From IMG/VR virus record IMGVR_UViG_3300036865_000084: 64,000 bases of DNA; one strand, given 5' to 3'. Position 1 is the first letter of the stretch. Each line of letters begins with the position of its first letter. The notes beneath the pieces were generated by a model. It had not been told where the DNA came from. It made no database searches and saw only the letters and a program-made list of their open reading frames with translations. Shown here piece after piece: positions 50,367 to 60,734 of this stretch. Made by a program: the position numbers and the translations under genes. This stretch comes from an uncultured virus (IMG/VR IMGVR_UViG_3300036865_000084) (taxonomy: Duplodnaviria; Heunggongvirae; Uroviricota; Caudoviricetes).

Positions 50367-53300
50367 ATGAAGAAGCTGGTAGAGCTGAACGCAGGCAACG
50401 CAAAGCGCGTGCTGTCAATGCTCGTCGCGCTCGCGAAAGAGCACGGCGAGGCGCGTGTCCGCTGCGTGGAAGGATCGCACGACTCGATCTGTGTCGAGGT
50501 CTACACGCGCCCGACCGACTTCTCGCACGGCAACCTCGTCGACTCCGCGAGCGTGTGGATCGCTGGCCCGTACGCCGACGAAGGCGCGTGCTTTGCGAGC
50601 GGGCCGGCGATTCGCGGGGTCGTGGGGCGGTACTACCCGGAGCATCGCGAGGAGAAGGGGCGATGAAAACCGGCGTCCGCCACCTGCTCGACCGCGCCAT
50701 CGCCGACGGCATCGAACCGAAGCGACGTCGCCGCCCCTGCGGCGGCACGTTCCGCAACGGTCCGAGCAAGAAGTTCGCGCGCTGCGACCGCTGCGGCGTC
50801 GTCGATTACGAGAAGTACGAAGGAGACCGCCATGGATCCTGACGCAAACCTCGCGCGCCAGCTGGAGCTCGCGCAGGAGATTATCGACAAGATCGACGAC
50901 GGCGACGAGAGTGCGGTCGATAAGGCCTGCGCGCTCGCCGAGCTCGTCCTCGCCCTCAACGAATGGCTCGCGCGGGGCGGGTTCAAGCCGAAGGCGTGGG
51001 AGGTGAAGCCGAACGTCGAAGGCCATTCTGAACGGTGCAGTCGCGCGAACGGAAGGGGGTGCACAAGCGACTGCCCGAACTACGATCCGAAGTTCGACGA
51101 CAACGTTTAGGCGGCTCGATTCGCGTCTCGCCGCCCGCCGTCTCTCGGAATGGTCCGAGGGGCGGCGCCTGCGGGGCGCGAGTCGCGAAGGAAGCGCACG
51201 AGGCGAGGGTGCCCCTCGTAGTCGCGAGACGTCTCGTGCGCTTCCTTCGCGGCAACGAACGCGAGCAAACGAGGAGACGCGAACATGAACAAGTCGAAGA
51301 ATTGGAAGGACGAGCCGTACCTCGACAACTACCCGCCGCTCAAAGAGTGGCTCCGCAAGATCAAGGCGAATTGCGTTCGTCAGGAGCGCTTCGGTCCGGA
51401 CATGATCGAAACGTGGATGGCGAACGGACGCGGGTTCGTGCTCGTCATCCGTGCGCGGGGTCACGGGTGGAACATCTACACCGACTGCGACGACAACGGC
51501 ATCGAGGCGACGCTCCGCGACGCCGAGAAGCGGCTCGGCATCGAGGGCTCGTCGTCGTGAAGCTCGCCGACATCAAGCCCGGCCGCTGGTACGCGACCCG
51601 TGTCGGGATGGGCGAGTGCCTTAGACACTTCGACGGCGCGGTCTTCTTCAAGATCGACGGGCGCGAGCGCATCGTCCATCCGCGCGACGTCTACGGCGAG
51701 ACGAAGAAGCCGGAGGGTGCGCCGTGAGGATCACCATGGGCGCATGGGCGCTGCTCGGCGATCTGCGCGACGCTGCCGAGGAGTTCCGCAGCGAGCGTCT
51801 TGCCGTACCGACTCGATACGCTGCGGCGAAAAAGAAACTCGACGCCGCACGCGAAGCTTTGGAGCAAAACCTAATCGACCACCCTGAGTGGTTTGGAGTG
51901 TCGTCATGAAAATCGTCGTCGACGGCGTGGAGCACGAGGTGCCGCGGCTCACGCCCGCGCAGAGACTTGCGATGGTGTGTTGGTTCGACGGAACCGGCGC
52001 GTTGCTCAACATCGAGAAGAGCGCTACGCCGGTCTGGCGCGAGCTACTTTCTCTCGGGCTCGTTGTAGAGGGCGATCGGTCCAAGCACATTGCACCGTGC
52101 TTTCTGAATGGTTTGACCCCTCTCGGATGCGCGGTCGCCGCCGCCCTCGCTTCGCGGGTGCCGTCGTGACGAAGCTCGTCATCGGTCGCGGCATGAAGCA
52201 GCGGCTCACCAAGGCAGGCCTTCGCGCTGAGGAGCACTTCAAGAAACTCGCGGACGCGTACCTAGCCACCGTCGGGACGAAGCCGGGCCGCCTCGGCTAC
52301 GAATGGAACGTCGAGACGCGCGCTGGCACGCTCTCACTCACCGCGTACGGGCATTCGATTGCCGGCCGATTCGGGGACGTCGAGCGCGCGAAGGCGCTCG
52401 GTCTCGGCTACCTCAACCCGTACAGCGGCAAGTGGAACCACCACTACGAGATCGGGGCCGCGGAGGCGGAACTCGAGGACTTCAAGCGGCAGCTCGGGCG
52501 CGTGCTGCCGAAACCGGAAGGTGCTCCGTGAAGACGTGCTTGCATGGCTACTACGTGTGTCCCGAAGGCTGCTCGGCACTCGACTTCGCGAAGGCAGAAG
52601 CGAAAACTCTCGCCGCAGAGTATTCGCGCGACGTCCGAGCGCGACGCGCCGCGGGTGATGCGCGTCCCGAGTACCACGCGCAGCGTCCCAAGGTGAGGGC
52701 CTACGCCATCCTGATGCGTCGCGGGATGACCCCGCGCGAGGCTGTCGATTACTTCCGCTCCGTCTCGGAGGAACAATGATCCGAACCATCACCCCCACCG
52801 GCCAATTCTTCCTCTTCCCGCCCGACGTCCACGCCAAGCGCCTCGGCTTCGCGTTCGAGGTCATCGCGCTGACGACCCGCGCAAGGAAGTGGATCAAGAA
52901 GCGCGTCGCCCGAGGCGTCTCGTGGCCTCTCGTCGAGCCGCGCTACTTCCACGACATGGCGGAAGGGATGCAGCGGGACGGCCTGTTCTTGGTGGTGTCA
53001 TGACGCCCGCGGACACGCGCAAGCTCGAGTCTCTGCACCGACAGCTCGCCACCGCTCAGCGCAAAGCTCAGAAGTGGAAGCGCGCAGAGGCGACAACGAG
53101 CCTGGCGCTTGCGCGCGCGGAGCGCGCCCACGAACGTGCGCGGATCGCCCGCGCGGGCTGGCAAAGCCGCGTCAACAACATCAACGACATGATCGTCATC
53201 ATCCTCTTGGAGGAGGCTAATCATGGCTGACATCGTCATCAAGTTGCCGGACACGTCCGCGATGCGCGAGGTGCTCGCGTACTTTATCGGGGTCGCGAGG

Positions 53301-54276
53301 GTGGGGCGTGGCAATCTCTTCCGAAGGATCCGTCGGTCCATGGCATGTGCGCGCATCTCGTGGAGGCGGGGTGGCGCCCCGTCTGCGTGCGGATCTTCCC
53401 CGACCGCGCAAGGCGCTACACCGAACGCGAGATGTTGCTAGCTCGCGGCGGATGGATTTGCAGCAACTGCACGAAGAGGTATACGCGATGAACATCACCC
53501 ACCTCGGCGGCAACGCCTTTCGCCTCCGCGCCGAAGTTCAAGGCGCGTCGTTCGCTGTCGACCTGACGCTCTCGCAGGTCTTCGCGCTGCTCGAGGACGG
53601 GCTCGAAGCCGTCGTCGCGCATGTGGGGGAGCTCGACGCGTGCCCGTTCTGCGACGACGACGGCGCGTGCGACCTCACGACGCTGCTCATGAACATGCGC
53701 GAAGAAGTGAGAAAGGCGCATCCGTGAAGCCCTACTCGCCCCCCAAGCTCTCCGAGCTCCCGCCCCGCTCCGGCGAGGCGTGCGCCGCCATCGAGGCGTA
53801 CATCGTCAAGAACGGGTACGCGCCGACCTACAGCCACGCGTGTTTCCAGCACGACGTCGCTTGCGTTCAAGCGATGCTCGAGGCGGGACTCATCGAGAAG
53901 GCGCCGCTCTACGAAGGCGGTCCGCTCGTGAAGGTGCTCCTGACCGAGAAGGGGGCCGCGGTGGCGGCGCTCTATCGAGACGCGAGGAGGAGGTCGTAAG
54001 ATGCCCCGCGCGACCCGCATCTGCATCGGCGAGGCGAAGCTCGTCTACCGCAAGTGGCTCCAGCACTTCGCGGGCCGCCGCGTTGGCGACAGATTTCGCC
54101 AGGCCCAATTCATCGGGCACTGGACCTACTGGGCCGTCATGAGCGCGCTCGGCCACGAGCGTCGGATGATGATCTCCAAGAGCTTCTACAACGTCCTCGT
54201 CGAGCGCGGAGTGAAGCGCGGCAAGGACATCGTCGACCGCAAGTTCAAACCGCTACCGCCGAAGGACGACAAATGA
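50367..54276 (+). other. About 15 small coupled hypothetical genes (early/host-takeover-like region)
   Basis: Serial overlaps: 50367, 50663, 50832, 51285, 51557, 51724, 51906, 52166, 52528, 52776, 53000, 53223, 53488, 53724, 54001. Confidence 0.55.
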
Positions 54277-54605
54277 ACGCCTACGAAGAGCTCATCGACC
54301 GCATCAAGAAGATCCCGATCTCCCGACTCGGCGACGTCGTCGCGGCGATGGAGGGGCGCCTCGAATCAAGAGGTTTCACCAAGCAGCAGCTCGACGAAGC
54401 GGGCCGCGTCGCCGCAAGCCTGCCGAATGCCGCCGCGGCGGTGCTCGAGTCCTCCGAGGGAGACAAGCTCGCGGCGATGGAGCGCGAGGTCTGTAAGCTC
54501 GCTCTCTCGCGCTCCGGAGGCAACGTGTCGGCGGCGGCGCGACTCGTCGGCATGGATCGCAAGAGCTTCGACAGGCTGGCGCGGAAGCTGGGGGCGAGGC
54601 GATGA
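54273..54605 (+). CDS. Fis/NtrC-type HTH protein
   Basis: EREVCKLALSRSGGNVSAAARLVGMDRKSFDRL. Confidence 0.8.
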   Translation: MNAYEELIDRIKKIPISRLGDVVAAMEGRLESRGFTKQQLDEAGRVAASLPNAAAAVLESSEGDKLAAMEREVCKLALSRSGGNVSAAARLVGMDRKSFDRLARKLGARR

Positions 54606-55700
54606 ACGCTCACGTTGAACGCGCTCAACGAGAGCTCGTGCGCGCACTAGACGCGCTCCATGCGGCGGAAGACGCACTTTCGGGGCATGTCTTGCACGCA
54701 GATGCGGTTCGAGATATTCGCGACGCACAACGCGAAGTCTCATTCGCCATCAGAAAAATTCAGGATGCATCATGAGCCCCCGCCTCAAGAAGCCCACCGT
54801 CGAAGTCCCTCGCGACTACTACATCGCGCTCGAAGACGCCGCCAACGCCGCCGCAGAACTCTTCTCTGGCTTCTCTACCGACGCGGTCGAGAAGCTCGAA
54901 GAGTCGCTCGAGAAGCTCGACGGGCTGACGCCCGACGATGCCGGCGACTACCCGTACGCGCCGGAAGAGGAGAGGGGCGATGGCGGCGAAGAGAGCTAGA
55001 CAGCCGGCCGAAACTGAGGCATTGGAGTCGATCGTTCACGAGTGGATGTCGCCGACGCCGGCGCGGCCCGACGGCGTCTCCCCCGTCGATGCCGCCGCCG
55101 AGGTGCCGCCCGCGTGGGAAATCACTCCCGGTACCCCGATCGGACTCGACTACGAGGAGCCGCCCCGCCGACGACGGCGCCGACGAGTACGCTCGTGGCG
55201 CCGTTCTGCGCCGAAAAGCTCTCTTCCGGTGCTTGTCGCCACCGCTCTCGTACTCATGGAGAGCAAGGGCAAGAAGACGACCGACGTCCTCTGGGTAGGC
55301 ACCCACGACGGCGAGTTCGCGGGCACGTGGGACGACTTCAAGTCGATGAGCATCATGCGCGGGGACCTCGTCATCTGCGGCGACGGATGGTGGCTCGTAC
55401 GCGAGCCCGCTAGCTACCGGAGCGGCGGCAAGCGTTGGCGCTACATCGAGCCGCCGATCTGCTTGACGACGGCGAAGCCGCTTCGAGAGTGCTGGAGGAA
55501 GAAGCGATGCAACGAATAATCGAAGTCAGGACAGAGGGACACGTCTACGAGCTAGACCGTCTCGAGAATGCGCGAGGCGCGGAGCATCCGCCGGTCTTCG
55601 CTGTGACCTTCGACCGCCATCACAGAAAGCCGTTCACGACGCTCGAAAGTGCTTGGGCGTCTATCGAACGGTCGGTGCGCGAAGAGATCGAGAGGTACAT

Positions 55701-56231
55701 GTGAAGCGTCTCGCCCTCCTCTTCCTCAACGGCTGCGCGCTTCTCGCAGGGCTCGACGGCTACGAGCAAGCCTCTCTCGATAGCGGTGCCGCCGAGGCCG
55801 CGCCGGCAGCCGACAGTGGAAGCCTGGACGCCGACGCAAGCCTCGACAGCGGCGCGGAGTCTAGCATCGACGGCGGCACCGACAGCGGCAGTAGCGACGC
55901 CTCAAGCAGCGACGCCGCCATCGACGCCTCAAGCCCCGACGCCGACGCCGACACGTGCCCGCTCCCGACGTCGCCCGCGACGTGCTCCGGCGGCCAGCCC
56001 GGCTACGACAGGCCTGCCACGTTCTTCTTCACCGGTCACGCCGGTTGCGCGGGCGGCTTCACGCAATGTGCTCCCGTCGCGACGCCGGCGCAGTGTCAAT
56101 GCGCAGGCACGTACAACTGCGCGTGCGTCATGGCGGCGCACGCGGGCGGATACTCGAACTGCGCGCCCGACTCGGGCTACAACGTTACGTGCGATGATTC
56201 GTCGGGCACCGTCAACGTCAACATCTACTGA
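55701..56231 (+). CDS. D/S/A/G low-complexity, Cys-rich lipoprotein-like protein
   Basis: Short signal ending LNGC, DSG/DAS repeats, Cys-rich C-domain. Confidence 0.6.
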   Translation: MKRLALLFLNGCALLAGLDGYEQASLDSGAAEAAPAADSGSLDADASLDSGAESSIDGGTDSGSSDASSSDAAIDASSPDADADTCPLPTSPATCSGGQPGYDRPATFFFTGHAGCAGGFTQCAPVATPAQCQCAGTYNCACVMAAHAGGYSNCAPDSGYNVTCDDSSGTVNVNIY

Positions 56232-56240
56232 GGCACCCCC

Positions 56241-56735
56241 ATGATCGTGCACGCATACCTTGGAGAGATCGTCCATCACATGAGCACGGACAAGCGCCGC
56301 CGCTTCAGACCGTCCGGGCCCATCATGCTGTGCGAGCCGGGCGGCAAGATGCGAAAAGCGTCCGAGCGCCCGAAGGAGAACCCGCGGCAGATGTTCGGCG
56401 GCGGAGGCCTCTCGGCGCGCCTCTTCGTGGGCCTCAATGTCGGCGACACGCCGACGCACTCGATCGAGGACGTCGTCAAGGTCGTCGGCGACAACTACAA
56501 GGGCTCGGCGAGCTTCATCGCGCAGAAGGGCATCTACATCGACGATCACAACCACGCGATTCACGAGGACAGCGTTCAAGTCTTGCTCTTCGCCGACACC
56601 GACAGCGAGGAGAAGTTTCTCGACGAGATGACGAAGCTCGGAGAGACGCTCGCGTCGAAGCTCCAGCAAGAGAGCGTCGTCTTGGAGCTCCAGAAGAAGG
56701 GGATCTCGCAGGGGGTCTACGGCGTGAGGCCGTAA
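56241..56735 (+). CDS. DUF3574 / SAM-lyase-like protein
   Basis: LFVGLN...ASFIAQKGIY...EDS...LQQESV. Confidence 0.4.
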   Translation: MIVHAYLGEIVHHMSTDKRRRFRPSGPIMLCEPGGKMRKASERPKENPRQMFGGGGLSARLFVGLNVGDTPTHSIEDVVKVVGDNYKGSASFIAQKGIYIDDHNHAIHEDSVQVLLFADTDSEEKFLDEMTKLGETLASKLQQESVVLELQKKGISQGVYGVRP

Positions 56736-56752
56736 GCTGCTACTCTCGACCC

Positions 56753-57154
56753 ATGGCCGACTGCCCCCTCGAGAGCCCGCCCGCCCCCTGGCGCGTCTGG
56801 CCTTGGGCCGTGCCCGCGGAGCTCGGAGCGTTCGCGCAGGCCGCGCGCGTGCGCGCGTCGGCGCGGCCGGGCGGCTACCCCTACGGCGTCGTCACCGAGA
56901 CGATCCCCTACGGCAGCCTGCTCGTCGGCGCGTTTGCTTGTCACCATGACCGCACGGTCAAGCCCGACGGCACCGTCCAGTATGGATGCTACGACGCAGT
57001 CACCCTCGTCTACCAAGCCGCGGCGACCCCCGAGCCGCCGATGCCAGCGAAGACCGATTGGGGCGCCATCGCCGCGGGTACCGCCGCCATCGCGGTCGTC
57101 GTGGCCGGGTTTCTGACCGTCATCCGCACATCGCCCGCGAGGGCTGCGCGGTGA
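56753..57154 (+). CDS. Membrane-anchored hypothetical protein
   Basis: C-terminal TM; TACTCT 6 nt before ATG. Confidence 0.6.
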   Translation: MADCPLESPPAPWRVWPWAVPAELGAFAQAARVRASARPGGYPYGVVTETIPYGSLLVGAFACHHDRTVKPDGTVQYGCYDAVTLVYQAAATPEPPMPAKTDWGAIAAGTAAIAVVVAGFLTVIRTSPARAAR

Positions 57155-57555
57155 GCGCTCTCGCGCGCGCGCTCGTCGGCTTCGCGGCCGGCGGCTTCGC
57201 CGGCTACATCGCCGAGACGCTATACACCGGTGAAGCAAGATACAGCCACTTCTTCGACGACCGGAAGATCCCCTTTCTCCCCATCTACGGCGTCGGCGCG
57301 GCAGCCATCGCCGCAGCGGCGCCGGCGCTGCATGAAGCCGACGCGCCGTGGTGGCTGCGCTTCGTTTTCTACTCGGCCGGGCTCACCGTCGTCGAGATGG
57401 CTGGCTGCGCCATCGACAGAAGTGCCGGCGATGCATCTTGGAACTACGACAATTCTAAGGCTCTAGCGACGGCGGCCGGCGGCTGCGTGAGTCTTCCGCA
57501 CTCGCTTCTCTGGGGAGCTCTCGGCCTTGCCGTTGACCAGCTTGTGATGTTGTAG
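57151..57555 (+). CDS. CmpB/TMEM229-like (putative ABC permease) membrane protein
   Basis: GYIAETLY, PFLPIYGVG, VE..G, WNY, SLLWG. Confidence 0.65.
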   Translation: MSALARALVGFAAGGFAGYIAETLYTGEARYSHFFDDRKIPFLPIYGVGAAAIAAAAPALHEADAPWWLRFVFYSAGLTVVEMAGCAIDRSAGDASWNYDNSKALATAAGGCVSLPHSLLWGALGLAVDQLVML

Positions 57556-57683
57556 CGCCGTCACGTTGTCGGCCTGAAGTAGCTCCAAGATGCGCGGCTT
57601 CTCGGCTTCGGTGAACGCGACGGTGCCGTCGCCGACGTGCAGGATCAGGACGTTGCTTCCGATGCGTTCGAGTTTGATCCTGG

Positions 57684-58109
57684 TCATTCGTCTTCTCCTG
57701 GCGGCAGCGTGGCGGCGCCCGAGCGCACAACGCGCACGATGACGCTGGAAAGCTCGTCGATCGAGGTCACGGGCTTCGGTACGAACAATGTTGCGCCCTC
57801 AAGGCTCCGCGGGTCAATGCCCGAGGCCGCTCCAGAGAAGACGATGATGGGGATGTTCTCGAAGAACTCGTCGTCGCGCTTGATCTCGAGAAACCGCTGG
57901 CCGGACATACGCGGCATGATGAGATCCAAGATGATGCAGTCGGGCCGCCGCTTCGGGTCGTAGAGGACTCTCAAGCCCTCGACACCGTCGGCCGCCTCGA
58001 TGACCTCGAAGCCGTCGCCGCGCAGGAGCCGCGCCACGACATGACGAACGTGCTCGTCATCGTCGATGAGGAGGATGCGGACGCCGATGCCGGGCTGCCC
58101 TCTCGTCAC
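57684..58109 (-). CDS. Single-domain response regulator (receiver)
   Basis: ILLIDDD, PDCIILDLIMPRMSG, IPIIVFSG, VPKP. Confidence 0.85.
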   Translation of the reverse strand: MTRGQPGIGVRILLIDDDEHVRHVVARLLRGDGFEVIEAADGVEGLRVLYDPKRRPDCIILDLIMPRMSGQRFLEIKRDDEFFENIPIIVFSGAASGIDPRSLEGATLFVPKPVTSIDELSSVIVRVVRSGAATLPPGEDE

Positions 58110-58513
58110 GGATGCCCGCCCTTGTCGTAGTAGTGCTTCACGACGAGCAGGATGATCGCGATGACGATGTACACCGCGCGCTCGCGCCACATCTTGGCCG
58201 CCGACACCGACGTCTGGATGATGAAGCGCCCGGTGTCGCTGAGCTCGTCTTTCACGCGCTTCTCGCCGCTCTCGAGGCTCCCGAGACGGCGCCCCTGCTC
58301 GCGTACGCGGAGCTCCACCGCGCGAAGGCGCGCGAGGGCGTCTTCTGCCGTCGGCGGCTCGTAGTCGCGGCGGTAGTCGAGGTGGTCAGGCTGCACCTCT
58401 TCGCGTACGGGCGAGAAATCGCGCGACGGCGATCGTGGCCGCATCCCCGGGTCGTCGCGGGGCGCAAGCGGCGGTCTCGGTTGACCCGGTCGGGGCGGCC
58501 TCGGCGGCTCCAT
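58106..58513 (-). CDS. Pro-rich coiled-coil protein with C-terminal TM
   Basis: AVYIVIAIILLVV; TAGTCT 6 nt before ATG. Confidence 0.6.
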   Translation of the reverse strand: MEPPRPPRPGQPRPPLAPRDDPGMRPRSPSRDFSPVREEVQPDHLDYRRDYEPPTAEDALARLRAVELRVREQGRRLGSLESGEKRVKDELSDTGRFIIQTSVSAAKMWRERAVYIVIAIILLVVKHYYDKGGHP

Positions 58514-58531
58514 GGGCGAAGACTACTATAG

Positions 58532-58885
58532 CTAGAGCTTCATCGCCCGCCGCACGCTCGCGGCCTTCGGGATGTCCGACGCATCGTTCGGCGCGCACGC
58601 GTCGCACCAGTAGCCGGCGACGAGCCGCCGCGTCGCGGGGCCGGCGCACTTGCCGCACGGGGTCACCAGAAGCAAAAGATCGTGAATGAGCTCGTTACGG
58701 CCGTTGATCTGGAGCTCGACGACGCGGCCGAGGCCCTCAAGCAAACTCGCCGTCACCTCGTCGGCGCGCTGGCGCGCGAGCCGCGCCTCGTGGTCGATTC
58801 GGACGAGCAAGGCGTCGAGGCTGAAGGTCTCGACGCTGGACTTCGACCGCGGAGAGTCAGGGCGCGTATCCGGCTCATCGGGCAT
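58532..58885 (-). CDS. Hypothetical Zn-finger protein
   Basis: CGKC...CDAC; TATACT 7 nt before ATG. Confidence 0.5.
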   Translation of the reverse strand: MPDEPDTRPDSPRSKSSVETFSLDALLVRIDHEARLARQRADEVTASLLEGLGRVVELQINGRNELIHDLLLLVTPCGKCAGPATRRLVAGYWCDACAPNDASDIPKAASVRRAMKL

Positions 58886-58906
58886 CGGATCGAGTATACT
58901 CGCGTC

Positions 58907-59119
58907 ATGGTCGTCAGAATTCTCCATTGCTCGATCTGAGGCTACAAGACGAAGGCCGCCGGTCTGGCGGCTGCGCTCCGCGCCAAAGGTGCTGAGGTGA
59001 CGCTCGGTCTCGGCAACCGCGAGGCGTTCGACGTCATTGTCGACGGGGAGCTCGTCTACTCGAAGCTCGAGGACGGGCTACTCACGAACGATGCCATTCT
59101 GAAACGGATGGGCGTGTAG
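58907..59119 (+). CDS. SelW/Rdx-family selenoprotein (CxxU) with in-frame UGA at 58937
   Basis: MVVRILHCSI-U-GYKTKAAGLAAALRAKGAEVTLGLGNREAFDVIVDGELVYSKLEDGLLTNDAILKRMGV. Confidence 0.85.
58955..58971 (+). promoter_or_regulatory. Bacterial SECIS-like hairpin
   Basis: GCCGCC-GGTCT-GGCGGC with the loop 21 nt after the UGA. Confidence 0.75.
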
Positions 59120-59746
59120 ATACGCGACCGCGCTCGGACGATTGAGGCGCTTGTCGGCCGCGAGACCGAGCCACGGCTTCGACGGGAGACTCCACGCGCC
59201 GGGGGCGTGAATGAGCAAGTCGAGCGCTGTCGCCGCGCGTGCGCGGTCCATCCCCTTCCATTCGTGAATCTGCCATGGCCCGAAGGCGAGACCTTCGTCT
59301 TCGTTGCCGACGTGCCGCGGGTTCTTCGCCAAAACACTCTCGCGATGGGCGATGAAGATCAAGCTGACGACGTACTCCGCTTGCTCCTTCACGCCCGCGG
59401 CTTCGACGGCGTCAGCGCACTCGTTCGCGAACGTCGTCCAGCGCGCGAGCCGATCCTCTTTCGTCTCGAGGTTTCTCTCGGCGTACGCCGGCATCAAGCC
59501 GACGACGGCGTCGACGGCGTAGCGGTGGAGCGCGTCGGGAGGCGGCACCTCGGAGGCGGCGGCGGCGGGCTGAGGCGGCGCCGCGGCTGTCGGCGGCACC
59601 GCGATCGATGTCGGCGCCACCGGAGCTACCGCGGCAGGTAGCGCCAGATCGGGAATCGGGCTCGCCTCCGACATCATCAAGCGCATCACGAGCGCAGAGC
59701 CGATGAGAACGAACCCGAGAAACGCGACGGTGGCGATGAGTTTCAT
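59078..59746 (-). CDS. N-terminally anchored lysozyme/transglycosylase-like protein
   Basis: TM, Pro/Ala linker, AHRES...DEGLAFGPWQI. Confidence 0.5.
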   Translation of the reverse strand: MKLIATVAFLGFVLIGSALVMRLMMSEASPIPDLALPAAVAPVAPTSIAVPPTAAAPPQPAAAASEVPPPDALHRYAVDAVVGLMPAYAERNLETKEDRLARWTTFANECADAVEAAGVKEQAEYVVSLIFIAHRESVLAKNPRHVGNEDEGLAFGPWQIHEWKGMDRARAATALDLLIHAPGAWSLPSKPWLGLAADKRLNRPSAVAYLHAHPFQNGIVRE

Positions 59747-59789
59747 GCGGGCGACGCTGCCACGAGGCGGAGCGCGCGGCAAGCGCTGT

Positions 59790-60734
59790 TCAGCCTCCGC
59801 CGGCCGGCTCGCTGAAGCCCGGAGCGCTCGCCTCGATGTAGACCGCGAGGCCCTCTGCGTCGCCGGCGAAGCGCTGAAGATCGACGTGTGTCGCGATGCC
59901 GGGGCACGTGCCCGTGTCGCTGTACTGGTGGAAGTCGTAGCTCGGCGTCGCCGGCAGGCGCACGCCGTAGTGCGCGATCGAGAGGTCGGCGGCAACGCCG
60001 TAGAGGTTCATGCTCTTCAAGAGCGTGTCGCCGATGTAGAGGACGGGCTGCCGCATCGACAGAATCGTCAGCGCGTCGATGCACACAAGCACCTCGTCGC
60101 GCGTCGGCGTCACATACCGACCGTTCACGAGGTACGGCTCGACGTCGATCATCGGCGGGAGCTCTCCCGGGTCGTCGCCGAGCTGCGCGACGAAGTGCTG
60201 CATTTGAAGCTTCACGTCGACGCCGGTGTAGAGGAAGTGGTAGGCGCCGCGGGGGAGGCACCCCTTCGAGTCGGGCCAATTGTCGACGAACGTCTTGTCG
60301 ACGCCCGAGGCTCCCATCGTCGCGCGGATGTACGCGTAGAGCTTCTGCCGCCAGTAGAGCGGCGGGGCCGAAGCCGCTTTCTTCCAGTCGATGCTCTTCT
60401 GATACTCGCTGACGTCGATGCCTTCGGCGGGCATCGACACGACGTTCGTATCGGTGATGTCGCCGGTGACTTCGTAGATGGTGACGCCGCGGTGGCGGAT
60501 GTGATTCTGGAAGTCGGGCGGATGAACGTTGACCCACGCAAGGAGCGGTACGCCAGACTTCGCGTCGACGGTGAACTCCCCCGTCGTCGATTGGAAGAGA
60601 TCCAAGGGCCCGTGGAGAATATCCACAGCCCACGCGCTGATCGCGGGCGTCACCTCGCTGTCGTGGAGGGGACGGCAGCCGCCCGGGGGCGGAGGGTTCG
60701 GCGGCAGCGGCAACAGCGTCGCAGGTTGCGTCAC
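59790..60734 (-). CDS. GH25 muramidase (endolysin-like) with extra N-domain
   Basis: GIDVSEYQ..IDW, YIRATMG, GAYHF, IDVE, HQYSDTG..PGI. Confidence 0.85.
   Translation of the reverse strand: MTQPATLLPLPPNPPPPGGCRPLHDSEVTPAISAWAVDILHGPLDLFQSTTGEFTVDAKSGVPLLAWVNVHPPDFQNHIRHRGVTIYEVTGDITDTNVVSMPAEGIDVSEYQKSIDWKKAASAPPLYWRQKLYAYIRATMGASGVDKTFVDNWPDSKGCLPRGAYHFLYTGVDVKLQMQHFVAQLGDDPGELPPMIDVEPYLVNGRYVTPTRDEVLVCIDALTILSMRQPVLYIGDTLLKSMNLYGVAADLSIAHYGVRLPATPSYDFHQYSDTGTCPGIATHVDLQRFAGDAEGLAVYIEASAPGFSEPAGGG

Noticed and set aside
51707..52531. Two genes both ending KPEGAP
   Set aside because: Largely explained by an embedded GGAGG/GGAAGG RBS plus GTGA overlap; too short to call a repeat element.
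58682..58939. 85-aa ORF ending at TGA 58937, or a pseudogene reading of the Rdx gene
   Set aside because: CxxU position, SECIS-like hairpin and continued Rdx similarity after the TGA favour selenocysteine readthrough from ATG 58907.
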